This document shows, piece after piece, positions 1-12,395 of a DNA stretch of 64,000 nt. A model generated the notes under the pieces. The model searched no databases and was not told the origin of the DNA. It saw only the letters and a program-made list of their open reading frames with translations. Source of the DNA: the human T2T-CHM13v2.0 reference genome, Homo sapiens. Within the stretch, counting starts at the first letter, position 1, and each line of letters opens with the position of its first letter. The stretch lies in assembly GCF_009914755.1 (NCBI RefSeq), contig NC_060942.1; one strand, 5' to 3'. Made by a program: the position numbers and the translations under genes.

Positions 1-215
1 TGGTGACAATATATTATATGTTACTGACATTTTGAACAAAGCAGAAAAGACTGAAAGGATTTTGAGTCTTTGATGACACCCTTAAGCTGCTGCTCTAAAC
101 CTAGAATTTCCTAACTTCAATTTTTTTATATGTGAGAGATTTAAATGCTTTCACTATTAAAGCCAATGTTAATTAAGCATTCTGTACTTGCAAGCAAAAG
201 CATCTCTAACTGACA
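1..215 (+). mobile_element. ERVL-MaLR MLT1-type LTR, 3' part
   Basis: Ends with ttaaagccaatgtt...tctgtacttgcaagcaaaagcatctctaactgaca, resembling the MLT1 3' terminus. Confidence 0.6.
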
Positions 216-663
216 TAAACTTTCTTCTCAATAAAGACTTTTCCATCTACTCCTGTCCACATTTTCTTTCTTTCAAGTTCCTGATTGTCTCTATTACATA
301 TTTGGTACTTATGCCTTGCCAACTATTTCACATATATACATCTTGCCTCTCTAATGGTTTGTAAATGTTTTGTTAGCGGGAAACAGCCTGTTTTTTATTG
401 TAAGTGTTCCACACAATGACTTTCTCAGGATGGAACAATTAAGATTGTGTTGAATACCTGAATGATGTTCATCCTACAAAGTTAATCATTTCAAGGCCAA
501 CTGTTAAAATCAGTACTTGCCCAAGTTGACAGCATCCGAAACCAGCTGAAAGCAGCCTTCTTGCTATTTTGAAGATCTACGAGTTAACAGGACCTGGACA
601 CTGAGATATACAGTGAAGTTTCTATGAAGGAAAGACTAATACCCTTTGGATAAGGTAGAGTTC

Positions 664-714
664 ACTTCATGTATTTGTACCTTTTAAACTTGACTTCATG
701 TATTTGTACCTTTT
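664..714. repeat. Direct repeat of a 22-mer (period 29)
   Basis: acttcatgtatttgtacctttt at 664-685 and 693-714. Confidence 0.9.
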
Positions 715-2089
715 CACCTCATAGTTGCATGTCTTTAATGACATCTTTGGTCTGTGAATATTTGAAACATTAACATAATTATCTATCTTAACATATTGTA
801 TTTACCACCTGCTGGGGATGAAACATTGAAACTATCACTAGTAGCTCATTAACAATAACACTAGTCCCTCATTAACAGTGTTGACCCAATTACGTGTTGT
901 ACATCCCAGAGACAAATAACTGTAATTGCAACTCAGAAGTGATTTCATAAACACAAAGATTCTTTTTTTGAAATGCAAATTGGAACGCATTATTTGAATT
1001 TTCCACATAAATACAGGTTTAAATGAAACAAAGTCATTCAACCAAATAAAATAAAAATTCAATCTAAAGAGAGGCCATTTGGAATCAATTGGTACAGAGC
1101 ACATTCTGCTTTGAAGGATCAAAACACTGTCATTGCTGGGTGCAGAAATTAAACAAGTTCGCAACAATGAATGCCAGACATCTGGTAAGTGAGATCTACC
1201 CTGGCTATCAGCAGGTAGTGATTTTCTTTTGGACTCATTCAGAGTATTGTCTGTTGCCTGGACAATGGAAGTCTGATGAAGCATTAATATAATCTGCCTG
1301 CAGGTCTTAAATAAGCTTCATTGAAAAGATGGAAAACTGGAGAGATTTGTGTGGTAAAAAAATTAATTGTGCATATACACGCACACATACACACACACAT
1401 AAATAACAATGCCTCCACCATCATGTAGAAAAGATCTGTATAAACAGAAGCAAATACAGCGTGATATATTTGCAGAGGTAGGGAATGTTCTTTTACCGAG
1501 ACAATTACTATGATAAAAATTAGGCAAAGTTAGCCCAGGGAAACTGGGAAGAGACAGCTCTGAGAAAGAAAACCTGTGCTGAAGTCAAGATGTTAAAAGC
1601 AGAGACATTTCTTCAATATGAGCAGACTGCTCCACAGCCGTTTTTTCTGTTGAGGGAAAATTACTGCTGCAGGAATGGGGCCGAGGGATGGAGAAGGAAG
1701 AAAAACAGAGGGGAGAATGAAACTGAAATTTACTACCTAGAAAACCAGCTTCTAGGATTTCATGGGATGTCTCAGTTCAACAAACATTCGGGGCGGTGGT
1801 GGTGCCTGTTCTTATTCTCTTACTTAATGAGGCAATGTGTTGATAAAATGCTGTGTTTACCATTTAAAACATTAAAATAGCCAAGCACATACTGAGTGCC
1901 AGAAATCTCCCAGGCATTGTTATGATTGCTGGAGGAGGGATCCTAAGGATGAACACCCGTCTCTCTCATGCGTTAATATCAAATAGTGAAGATAGCCCTA
2001 ATACATTTTATCACTGAGAAAAAAAGTTCTGTGCCCTCTCTTATGGGCTGAAAGAGCATGAGAAATACACTTCTGGCTGGGACACAAGC

Positions 2090-2210
2090 TGTATGATCAA
2101 GGGCAAAATACTCTGGCTGGGTCTCATTTTCCTTGTTTTTAAAGTCTGTTTCCTTCTCTACAGGCAGTTGTGAGAATCAAATAGTGCAAAGTTTATGAAA
2201 AGTGCTTTAA
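2090..2210 (+). mobile_element. MIR fragment
   Basis: MIR core-like: gtctcattttcc...gttgtgagaatcaaatag...aaagtgcttt. Confidence 0.5.
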
Positions 2211-3160
2211 AGATGGCACCCACACAATGAAAAGTGTTGATGCCATCTATAGGAGAGCAGGTGAAGCGGGAATTGATTCTGGCAAAGGACACACTTTGGG
2301 AGTCCCATGAAACTGCAGCATGGCCAGAGTGCTTGACCACCCAGAATGTGCTGAGTTTAGGACTTAATCTGATCCTGTGGATCAATTGTAATTGACTTAT
2401 GTCACACAAATTTTGCCATTTCTGCAGGAGCCTTTGATGGAAAGTCATTGGGACATTACGTGGTTTCTTAACGTGGACAACATTAAGGGACTTTTTTTTG
2501 CCCAATATTACTAAACTCTTGGTGATTGCATTTTAAATGAGCACCTTTCAGTCCTTCTTCCATATTGCTGAGGCATCTTCAATGCATTTGTAAAAAAGCA
2601 TGTAACTTGACTCTCCTCATATCTTAGCCCCCTGCAGTTTTGAACATGTGTTTTTATTAGCTAATTTCAGTTTTAAAACAAACCTCAGGCACAGAAGGTA
2701 GAATAGGCAGGGTTTTTTTCCATTTCATTATAGAAGAAAAGAAGGCACAGACGTTTGCCAAGTGACTTAGTGCTTACTAGGGACAGAGCAAACAGAGAAC
2801 TTGAGGTTTTACTTTCCATTATTATTATAACGCTGGTTTTTCTCAGCACAGATCTGGACATTCTGATGCTCAGAAGTAAGTGCAGGGTCAGTTGAAAGCA
2901 TCATTTAACTAACTCTCTTCGTTATGCCATCACTAATATTGCATCATGCCGTCTTTTCCCACAGTGAGGTTTATTTTCGTTTTTGTTTCCCAGAGTTGAA
3001 AATTTAATTAGCTATCTTTTCTTTCTGTCCAATTAAGGTAAATGATAAAATAAGGTAAATCAAAGAAAATACTTATATTTAAGGTTCTCCAAAGTCATCC
3101 GAAAAGCGTAACAATGGCAAGCATTTATTTTCTGACTTTATGACTTTGGTTAATTTTTTT

Positions 3161-3214
3161 CTCTTTCTCCTCTTCCTTTCTCTCTCTCTTTCTCTTTCTC
3201 TCTCTCTCTCTCAT

Positions 3215-3256
<42 letters not shown>

Positions 3257-3257
3257 A
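3161..3257. repeat. Compound (TC)n-(CA)n microsatellite
   Basis: Direct read: CT-rich tract followed by about 17 uninterrupted CA units. Confidence 0.95.
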
Positions 3258-4129
3258 TCCCCCTCAATGGGCCATTTGTCTGTTGACTGTGAAGTGATGC
3301 CTGCCTTTGTGATTTGACTCTGAAAGTTTTTATCCCCAGCAATAAGAGATGACTGCTCCAAACTTGGATTTCTAATGGATCACAGATCTCTAGGTGTGGG
3401 ATAAAGGGGACTTCATTTACAAAGATGAGTCTTAAATTCGGGGCTAGGATTCCTTTACTTTATTTCTTGCAGTCTATTCAAAATAATGTGGTGTAACAAG
3501 GGGCTCCTTACTACAGGAAAATCAAGTTTTACCTTTCCCGAATGTATTGGAACAGCAATTAAAAAGAAAATTTGGAAACAGGAGTAATATTATGGTAGTG
3601 TAAGAATTATTGCTTTTTCCCCAAAATCAGTATCAAGACTGAACCAGATGATGTTGTTTCAAACACAAAAAAAGTCCGACTTAACAATTTAGAACAAAAA
3701 AAAACGAGTTTTGCAGTATATACCAAAAGCAAAACACAAAACAAAACAAAACAAACCCCCACATATTTAAATTTAATAAGTAAAGTTCTCTTGGCAGAGT
3801 TTTAAGTATCTGCAGTAGAGGAAGCAGCTGGCTGCATTATAGCTCTGTAAATGAAGAAATATTAAGCCAAACAAAAATACCAAGATGAAACTTATAGTTT
3901 TATACCTGGCAATGCTGAGCATCAAGGCAGTGTGTGTGTGTGTCTATAAAGTTGGCTGTGTAAATAGTCTTTGTATCTGTTCACAGCTCTGTTATACGGC
4001 AATGTTTTCCAGAATATCTCATTTGGTATTTCCATTAACTGTGAGGAAAACCCAGCCAGTAAACTGGTATGCAAATGTAACAAAAAATGATAATGATTTT
4101 GATGATTAATAAAAGAAAAGGGAAGAGTA

Positions 4130-4820
4130 TCTGTAAGATTCATTTACCTACCATCCCTAACTACATCCTTGGTAATAACATCCTAAGTTTTCAGTGAGTA
4201 CCACTTTGTCCAACTCTGAATCTATGTCATTGAAATGTTGTTAACTAGGTAGCATCACCCAGGTTTAGTCAATGAGAACTTTTAGAGGGATTTAAAAAAT
4301 AGAATTGTCAGATATATACTTCCTTTTTCGGATTTCCAGCACCAAGGACAAAGCAAGCTTTGTCTAGTGGCATCATAGGTACTATATAGACAGCCTGTGT
4401 GAGATAAAAGCCATCACACAGGGTAGGAAAAAAGAGAAGGAGGGAGTCAAGCTGAGCCCTGTGAGTGGCGCCTTTGCCTGCCTATAAAGGAGAATTTCTG
4501 ATAATTGGAAAAACGTGTATTCTTTAGGTGAGTTCCCATTTGGCAAATAAACAGCACCTTCATGAAAAGGAGAATAGTCTTGCGCTTCTGGATGAATGCA
4601 GCTCATGATTTTGAGAGTAGAGTGTGGCTGGGTGCATATGTACAGTGCACACACTGAATAACCATATGTGGTTGCCCAATCTATTGCCATTTCTTGCATC
4701 CCTGGATCCAGCCATTTCTGCAGCTACTGTATCCTTGGACTTTGCCATTACGTGAGTCAATAATTTCCCTTTCTGCTCACAGAAGTTGAAAGTCACTTGC
4801 AATCAAATGAACCCTGTACT
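4130..4820 (+). mobile_element. Old ERVL LTR (LTR16/LTR33-like), possibly with a nested MER91-like hAT fragment at ~4460-4680
   Basis: 3' end cctggatccagccat...ggactttgccattacgtgagtcaataatttccc...gtcacttgcaatcaaa; internal gtgagtggcgcc...cagtgcacaca...ccatatgtggttgccc. Confidence 0.45.
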
Positions 4821-5379
4821 TAGTAAGTAGAAGCAGAATGTGCAAGTGTCAGATCTCAGAATGAAATTGGTTAAGATGGGGCATGGTTTGAATATTTGTC
4901 ATCTATCTCAAGCTATAGCAGCGTAAATGGTTAAATTATGGTTTATCGACTCTCAGAACTCAGACAATCATTTCTATTAAAGCTTGAGTTTTAGTGTTTA
5001 TGTAAAATTGGTCTGTGGTTTTAATTTTGTTTTGCTTTCTAAAATTTATGCTTCATTTTTAAGATGAATTGGGAAGAATTTCCACTGAAATGGAATTAGC
5101 TCACACTGAAATATATAATCAGACTTACTGAGACAACTGTCTGGGACTAATCTTTATTGAAATAATTTATTGGAAACCATTTCTTTCATAGTTCTTGCTC
5201 TACTCAGTTTCTCTACCTGTTATTTAGAAAAATATATCAGGAAAATTTACTTGAGAATTTTTTATCATTCCTGATGGTAAAAAATATTTGCAATTACTCT
5301 TCTTTCTTGACTAGTCATCTACAGATGTTTCTTTTTTATGTACATTTTTAAAAGCCAAAATTTTAAATGTGTAAAACTA

Positions 5380-5760
5380 CTTATACTATTTATCTTTTAA
5401 TATTTGATTGCTATTTGCTTTCATCATTATAGTTTCTTCATATTTTTCTTAGATATTTTGGTATTTTTTCCAGTCTCTCAAATTGATTTTATTCTCTCTT
5501 TTATAATAATGAAAGTATTTAAGGCTGTGGGGTTTTTTTCTGCTGAATGCAGCTTTTGCTGTATCATTTAAATTATGGTGCATTAGCAATATTGTTACTT
5601 TCTAAATAGTCTGCAACTGTAATTTAGATACTCCCTTTAAACCAGAAGTAATTTAGTAATATTCATTTGTTATGTGTGTGGGTATGTGCCTGTGCCTGTT
5701 TATTTCCAAGTCACTGAATTTGTGTTTGTTCATCTTTTATTGTATAATTTAATACATTAT
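5380..5760 (-). mobile_element. Ancient L1M fragment (ORF2 region, antisense)
   Basis: T-rich sequence with gcttttgctgtatc and a typical antisense L1 composition. Confidence 0.4.
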
Positions 5761-6322
5761 GCTGATGACAGATAAGAGTCCCAGTATATACAAAGCAGTT
5801 GGAGAAAAATCTGGTCACATAATCTTAGGGGATTTTACTGGCTTCAAGATGTTTTGAGAAGACATGAGTGCTAACTTATTCAAAAAAAGAAGCTTTCACT
5901 GGGTTTTATGAATCTATCCACCCAATATTTCTACTTTTTAAAATCCCCTCCTGATGTCCATCCTCAACTTCCATTTTATCTTTAAAACCTAAAATTCAGA
6001 ATAAATTACTAGAGTTACTAAAGAATAAAGACCCAGAGGAGACCCCTGAGATTTACCTCTGGAAGACTTGGAATCAATTGGTACAGAGCACATTCTGCTT
6101 TGAAGGATCAAACACTTTGATCCTTCTTGATTGTCCGTGTTCTATAACACCACTGATTAGTTGGATTATTTCAATCATTTCAAATTTTCTTTACCTTCCA
6201 AATAATTAAATTCCATCTCATGCCTCCCTAAATCCACCACCAAAGCATAAAACTATACTAAGTTATGGGTACTTATATATTAAATAAAGAACGAGTTGGT
6301 TAAGATGATTTTATCTGGAAGT

Positions 6323-6771
6323 TGTCAACCTTAATAACAAACATAGAGAGGCACCCAAAAAAAAATAATGTTTATTTCAGAATAGGCATTGCAATGGGAA
6401 TATGCATGGCCTAGCAAACTATGTGTGTACTCAGGGATATAAAAAAGGCAATGTTTTTAAGAGAAAATTAGGGAGAGTTTATATAATTGTTTTTGAGATA
6501 ATTATCCTTGCCTACAAGAATCAATAACATGGGTAGTACAAATCCGAGGTTAGACAGGCAGTTGTTGAGCAGATGTCTTCAAAGAGGAATTTTTTTTTTT
6601 TTACTGGAAAGTTTCAATGGCCTTTGTGTAAGAGTTGGATTTTGCAGAGTCTTTTGAGATAGTTCTTGTTTTTAGGCACTTATTAATGAAAAACCTCCTT
6701 TCATGGCCTTCCATGGTTTTATCAGAGTATTTAAAACAAGCAACTCCATCTTGATTCTGACAACTTTCACA
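6323..6771 (-). mobile_element. Solo ERV1 LTR (MER67-like, MER4 group)
   Basis: Minus strand starts TGTGAAAGTTGTCAGAATCAAGATGGAG; TG...CA termini; exact 4-bp TSD aagt at 6319-6322 and 6772-6775. Confidence 0.75.
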
Positions 6772-7840
6772 AAGTTTTTTAAAAATGTGGTTGAATAACA
6801 AAATTTATTATCTCCTAAGCCCAAAAATATGGCTGATCTAGGGGTTGCTTGTGGTCCAGAATCCCCAAGGACTCAGATTTTTCTTGTCTTCCTGGTGTAC
6901 CTAATCCTAACAGGTCATTTACACCTGCCCTCCTGCACCGTGTTTGCAGGATTGTTGTAGCAGCTCCAGGTCTATCATTACTCAAGGAACAGCAAATCCA
7001 CTTTTCAAAGAAAAATTTTCCTAGAATATCTTTAGAAGATTTCCCCTTAAGTCTCTTTGTCTGGAATTGTGTGATATGTCCTTTCCTGAAGCAGTCACTC
7101 TCAAAGAGCACAGGAAGCATTTTTTATCTTAGTGTAATGAGGATTTCTTTCCTTAAATAGGGTAGAAGAGCCTGGTGCTTCTCTGAACACCTGGCTAGTT
7201 GATGCCCTCGTAAAATCGAGGGCGTGTTTTCTAGGAACGAGGAGGCTTTTGTTTAAACAGCCAGTAGTGTCAGTCATGGAAAACATTGATTTGCTATCAA
7301 GACGTCTCAAATGAGCAATGGATAAGAGATAGAATTTCAAAGAGGGGGTCTCTCAGAGAATGAAGATTTCTTGATATGGTAAAGAAAAAGAGGGTGATAA
7401 AATAGATTTTAAAATTCTCTACTATTCAGTAAAATTTACTTTATTTCTACTTGTATATTAGGACTATATATTAACAACCAAAATTATAGTTGAGTTTTGA
7501 TTTGGCCCAATTTGAACATGTTTGTGTTTAGTGGGAATTGAACAAAGTTTGAGTTATTGTGATCACTGATACCTTTTTTTTTTTACCTCTTTTAAAATTT
7601 TATTTTTGTTCCACATTTGGAACAAGTTTTTTGTATTTTTCTAGATTGCTATGTTTTTGCTTTTATGTTTGCCTTTATGTTTTACAAAAGAGCTTCTTAT
7701 TTATCCAAATTTTAAAATCAAAAGGGAAATGCTAACATATGAGAAGTTTAACACAATTTTATTTTATCTGCCTCTACCAGATATATTAGTCTTTGGGGAG
7801 ACTGTTTTTGATCAAAATTGTTTTTATAACATTGTATTCT

Positions 7841-9050
7841 TTTTAAAAATATAACAGCTTTATTGAAACATAATTCACATAGCTCACCCTTTTAAAGTGA
7901 AGAAAGTTGTGCATGGATTACTGCCATCTAATTACAGAACATTTCTTATCAACCCCAAAAGAAAGCTCATACCAATGGAGTCACTCCCTGTACTCCCCCC
8001 TCCCCAGCCCCTGATAAGCACTAATCTACTTTCTATATATATATAGATAAATTTATATATATATATAAAATCTATATAGATAAATTTATATATATATAAA
8101 ATCTATATATATAAATTTGCCTATTCTGGACATTTCATGTAAATGGAATCACATCATATGTGTTCTTTTGTGACTTCTTTTAGTTAGCAGAATGTTATGA
8201 AGGTTCATCTATATCAGAATACCATTCTTTATGGCGCAATACTATTCCATTGTATAAATATGCAAATGTTGTTTATCTCTTCTTTAGTTGATGGACGTTT
8301 GAGTTGTCTCCACTTTTTGGCTCTTATGAATAATGCTGCTATGAGCATTTCTGTAGAACTTTTTGTATAGACATGTGTTCATTTCTCTTACGCATAAACC
8401 TAGGAGTGAAATACCTGGATCATATGGTAATTTTATGTTTATCATTTTAAGTAAATGTTAAACTGGTTTCCAAAGAAGCCACATCATTTTATATTCCCAC
8501 CAACAATGGGTGAGGGCTCCAATTTCTCTACAGTCTCACCAAAACTTGTTATTATTTCCTTTTGATTCTAGCCATTCTAGTGGACATAGGCATCTCATTG
8601 GGGTTTTGGTTAGTATTTCTCTAACAGCTAATGATGTTAAGTATCTTTTCGTGTGATAATTGGCCATTGGTATATCTTCTTTAAAGAAATGTCTACTCAA
8701 ATCCTTTGCCCATTTTAACTGGATTGTTTTCTTATTCAATTTTAAATTTCTTAATATAATATTTATATTATAAAGAATATATTAATATATAGGCAGTTAT
8801 CAGGCATATAATTTGCCAATATTTTCTCCCATTCTGTGGGTTGTCTTTTCACTTTCTTGATAATGTTCTTTCCAGTCAAAATTTTTAATTTTGATTAAGT
8901 TCAATTTATATATATTTTTTCTTGGATTGCTTGTGCATTTGGTGTCATAGCTAATAAATCATTGTCTATTTTAAGGTTGTGAAGATATACTTAGGTTTTT
9001 GTCTAAGATTTTTATAATTTTATTTCTTACATTTAGGCAGTGGTATATAT
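7841..9050 (-). mobile_element. L1MB-type LINE 3' end
   Basis: cagctttattgaaacataattcacat...ccattctagtgg...gagaaatgtct-like antisense L1 3'UTR/ORF2 end. ORF 8536-8739 (KWAKDLSRHF) is a decayed L1 ORF2 C-terminus. Confidence 0.85.
8032..8118. repeat. TA-rich minisatellite inside the L1
   Basis: About 3 copies of tctatatagataaatttatatatatataaaa. Confidence 0.85.
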
Positions 9051-10428
9051 GAGTCTGAAGTGGCTTCGGTAGTCTAGATATAAATATTTTACGTAATTCA
9101 CCTGTTTTCAGTATAGTACTCCTACCCTTATCTGCCCAACTTTCTTTAGTCTGAAAATTGCCTGATTGCCTGATTTTACTATCTTTAGAGAATAAACCTT
9201 TCCTCTTCTGCAAGTATTGGAGAAAGAAAGACATCGGTTGCATGGAATAGGGGACGGGGATTGGGCACTAACAACTTCTTAAACAAACTTCTAGTTAATG
9301 CTCTTCTTTGTAGTTTTACCTCCACCTCTACTTCAGAGGCACTAGGTGCCACTGATACTTAAGATTGTCAGTGTTAGTTAATTTCTGTGGTGTAAATTGG
9401 GCCATTTCTGTGCTACCCTTAAAACTTCTTTGGGATTCAGCACTCTAGCCTAGGTAAATTGCTTCTTGTCTATTTACAGCTCAGTTTTACAATTTTTTTC
9501 TGCTGCTTTATTCTTTTTGCCTATTTTCTGTTTGGTCTTTAGTGTCAATAACATCTGTCCCATAGTTTCAGTTTCTATGCAGAAGGGAGCAAACGTAAAT
9601 GCCTATTTTCACTCTGCCATTTTTATCCAGAAGCCTGAAGAAGCATTTTTTTTGTTTTTTCAATCAAGTGATCTCTTTTATAAAGGAAATTGGAGCTGCA
9701 CTGTATAGGTTTTTCCTACTCTAGTTCTATCTGATCAGTACTTAGTGTCAGTTCGTCTTACATTCTGCCTTTATGTTTTCTGACAGGTTTGGTTTCCAGA
9801 GTTGTGAATCTTTTTAAAACTTGTCTTCATGGATAGCTCAGTGATAGGTTGAGATAACAATAGGCTGTGTTGCAGTTTTATAGTCAGAGAACATTTGAAC
9901 TAGAAATCATTTTTGTTTAGAAAATTGTGTGACATAATTGGGTACAAAAGTAAAATTGGGGATGCTAGCCTCAGATATTATATTCCTTAAGGGAAAAGGG
10001 ATTTTACTACATTTTTTCTTTAAATGTCCCGGCACCTGAGCCCTATTGCAGTACATCCAGATTGTCAAGTCACAGGTGTTCAATGTGTTCTTAGCCACAG
10101 TTTTCTGAGAGCTTCTCTTACAGCAGAACTCCACAAAAGAGGCCTGAAGACACTGTATCATGCTCGCTCCCTAAGGTTATTATTCAATTTCATGATTCTG
10201 CAATACTATCTGTAAGATAATGGGTTCAAAATTTACAACTCTATTTCTAACCTCTTCTTTAAGTTTGGATTAATTTATCCAGCTACCACTTGGGTGCCTA
10301 TTAGGCATCTAAAAAGGGAAGTCTTAATTTCATCTTCCTACCTGTTTCTTCCCAAGTATTTTCTATCTTGGTAAATAACTCTACCATTTACCCCATTACT
10401 CAGGCCCAAATCCTAAGAGTAATTTTTG

Positions 10429-10530
10429 TAGGGTAACCAGCTACCTTGGTTTGACTGGGAGGTTTACCAAGATATAAGCTTTTCAATGCTAAAACCAGAA
10501 ATGTCTTAGACAAACTGGGGTGTCTTGAAT
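10429..10530. mobile_element. MER81-like hAT-Blackjack MITE inside an L2 fragment
   Basis: tagggtaaccagc...ttttcaatgctaaaaccagaaatgtc...caaactgggg. Confidence 0.55.
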
Positions 10531-11069
10531 ATTCTAAATTATTGATTCCTCCTTTCTCTCCCTCACATCCCTCACACAAGATATTAAATAAATGAATAAA
10601 TGAATGATGATTCCCTGACAAGATGGTATCCTATAGAATCATAGTAGCAGGCTGAATTAAACTAGTGGTAAACCACAATCTGATATGTTTCGTTTGTAAT
10701 CATAAAGCCAAAAGTAGAGATGTTAGAATAACTGGAGCCTCATGTTGAGAAACAGCAATCAACTCTTCTATCAGGAAGAGAGTTGTGAATTTGAAATCAC
10801 TTGTATTCTTCAAAATTACTTCAAATGTTGTTCCATGAATCAGTTTTCAATTCAATAGAGTGCTGTCTGCCTGCAAGAGTTTCTCTAGTATGCTCTGTGT
10901 GTGTTATTAGAGCTGAAATTGAGAGGGTTATCTTGTCTTTATGTGGTTAAGCAATAGCAATAATGCCAACAAACACAGTCTATTTTTTTAGGTAAAATCT
11001 TTTGTTTTCTAGTGATGGAATTTCAACTCTGTTTAAAGTCAAAAGTGAATTATTAGTGAAAATTTATTT

Positions 11070-12395
11070 ATTAAATAGTAATTAACTTCTGGGTGACAGG
11101 CTCCCTTTAGACATTAAGGGTAAAACAATGAATACAAATATCTTGTCTGCTGGGAGAATCAATTTGATTCACAACAAATGTATAAGTAGAGAAACATTAT
11201 GAGGAAAAAGTCAAGATAATAGGGAGCGAAGAGGTAAATTAAATAATATAAAAGTAGGTGAAAGACAGTGAAGGGAGTTGCTGTTTTAGATAATGTCTAA
11301 AAAGCTCTGCAGAAGTAATAATTGAGCAGAAACCCGAATGAAGTGAGGGAATGGAGGGAGTGAGCTACGCAAAGGTCTCAGGAAGGAACATTCTGAGCCA
11401 TGGGAAGAATGAGAGCAAGTCCTGCTTGGAGAATAGCATGTTGTTCAAACCGAGTTGGGAAGAATGAGCATGAAGCCAGGTAGACAATGGGAGTCAAATC
11501 ACTTCAGGCTTTTAGGCTATAGAAAGGACTTTGGATATATTTTATATAGGATAAGAAGCCAATAGGGAAGTCTGACCTCTCTGGTGGCTGTGAGGAGAAT
11601 CGACAATATGAAGATGAAGTGGAAGAAGGATACCCTGGTAGAAAGCTCGACCGTTTATCCAGATGAGAGATGATGCTGGCTTGGACTAGGATGGCAGAAG
11701 TGAAGAGAGATGGTCAGAGTCTACTTCTGACCAAATGTGATCCAAAAGAATACAGTAATAAATTAGGTGTAGGTTAAGAGAGCGAGAAGAGTCAAATATG
11801 GCTACCGATTTTTGGCCTGAGCATCTTGGAATAGATGCAGTTGCCATCTTTCTCATAGAAGGAGACCAGGGTGGGGTAGAGATGTGTATCTGGGGCAGGA
11901 GGAGAATTTAATGTGGGGTGTGCTAAGTTGAGGATTTCTAACAGATGTGCAAGTGACAATGTTGAGTATAGGGAGATTGTGGAACAAATCTGGAGTTCCA
12001 GGGAAACACTGGGGCCAGAGACATAATTTGGGAGATGTCAGTGAGTAGATGGTACTTATGGCCGTGAGGTCGAGTGAGATAACCAAGAAAGGGAAAATAC
12101 GGATGAAATGTGAGAATTGAGATTGCAGGGGGGTGGGGGGCATTAATGAGATGGTATATGTAAGGCACTCAGAGCAAGCATTATTTAGTGAGTGTTAACA
12201 GCACATTATTTTAAGGGTTTGTTAAAGCATAAGTCAAAAAGTACAACATTAGAAGACCTGGCAATGGAGACTGAGATGAGGCTGTTGCAAGGTAGAAAAA
12301 GAGAAAACCAGGAGAGTGTCACATGATCAATGCCAAAAGAAAAAACAGTGATCAACTTTTGTTAAAAGCTGCTGAGAGGTTAAGTAAGGTGAGGC
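11070..12395 (-). mobile_element. L2 LINE fragment (with small MIR piece at ~12140-12200)
   Basis: Purine-rich L2 antisense motifs: ccagatgagagatgatgctggcttggactagg, tttggcctgagca, aatttgggagatgtcag, gctgctgagaggttaagtaag. Confidence 0.75.

Noticed and set aside
838-1284. 148-aa minus-strand ORF
   Set aside because: No recognisable domain, non-ATG-like AT-rich codon content and no supporting exon context; consistent with chance.
6102-6126. Hairpin as a miRNA precursor or terminator
   Set aside because: An 11-bp stem is far too short for a pre-miRNA, and intrinsic terminators do not apply in this context.
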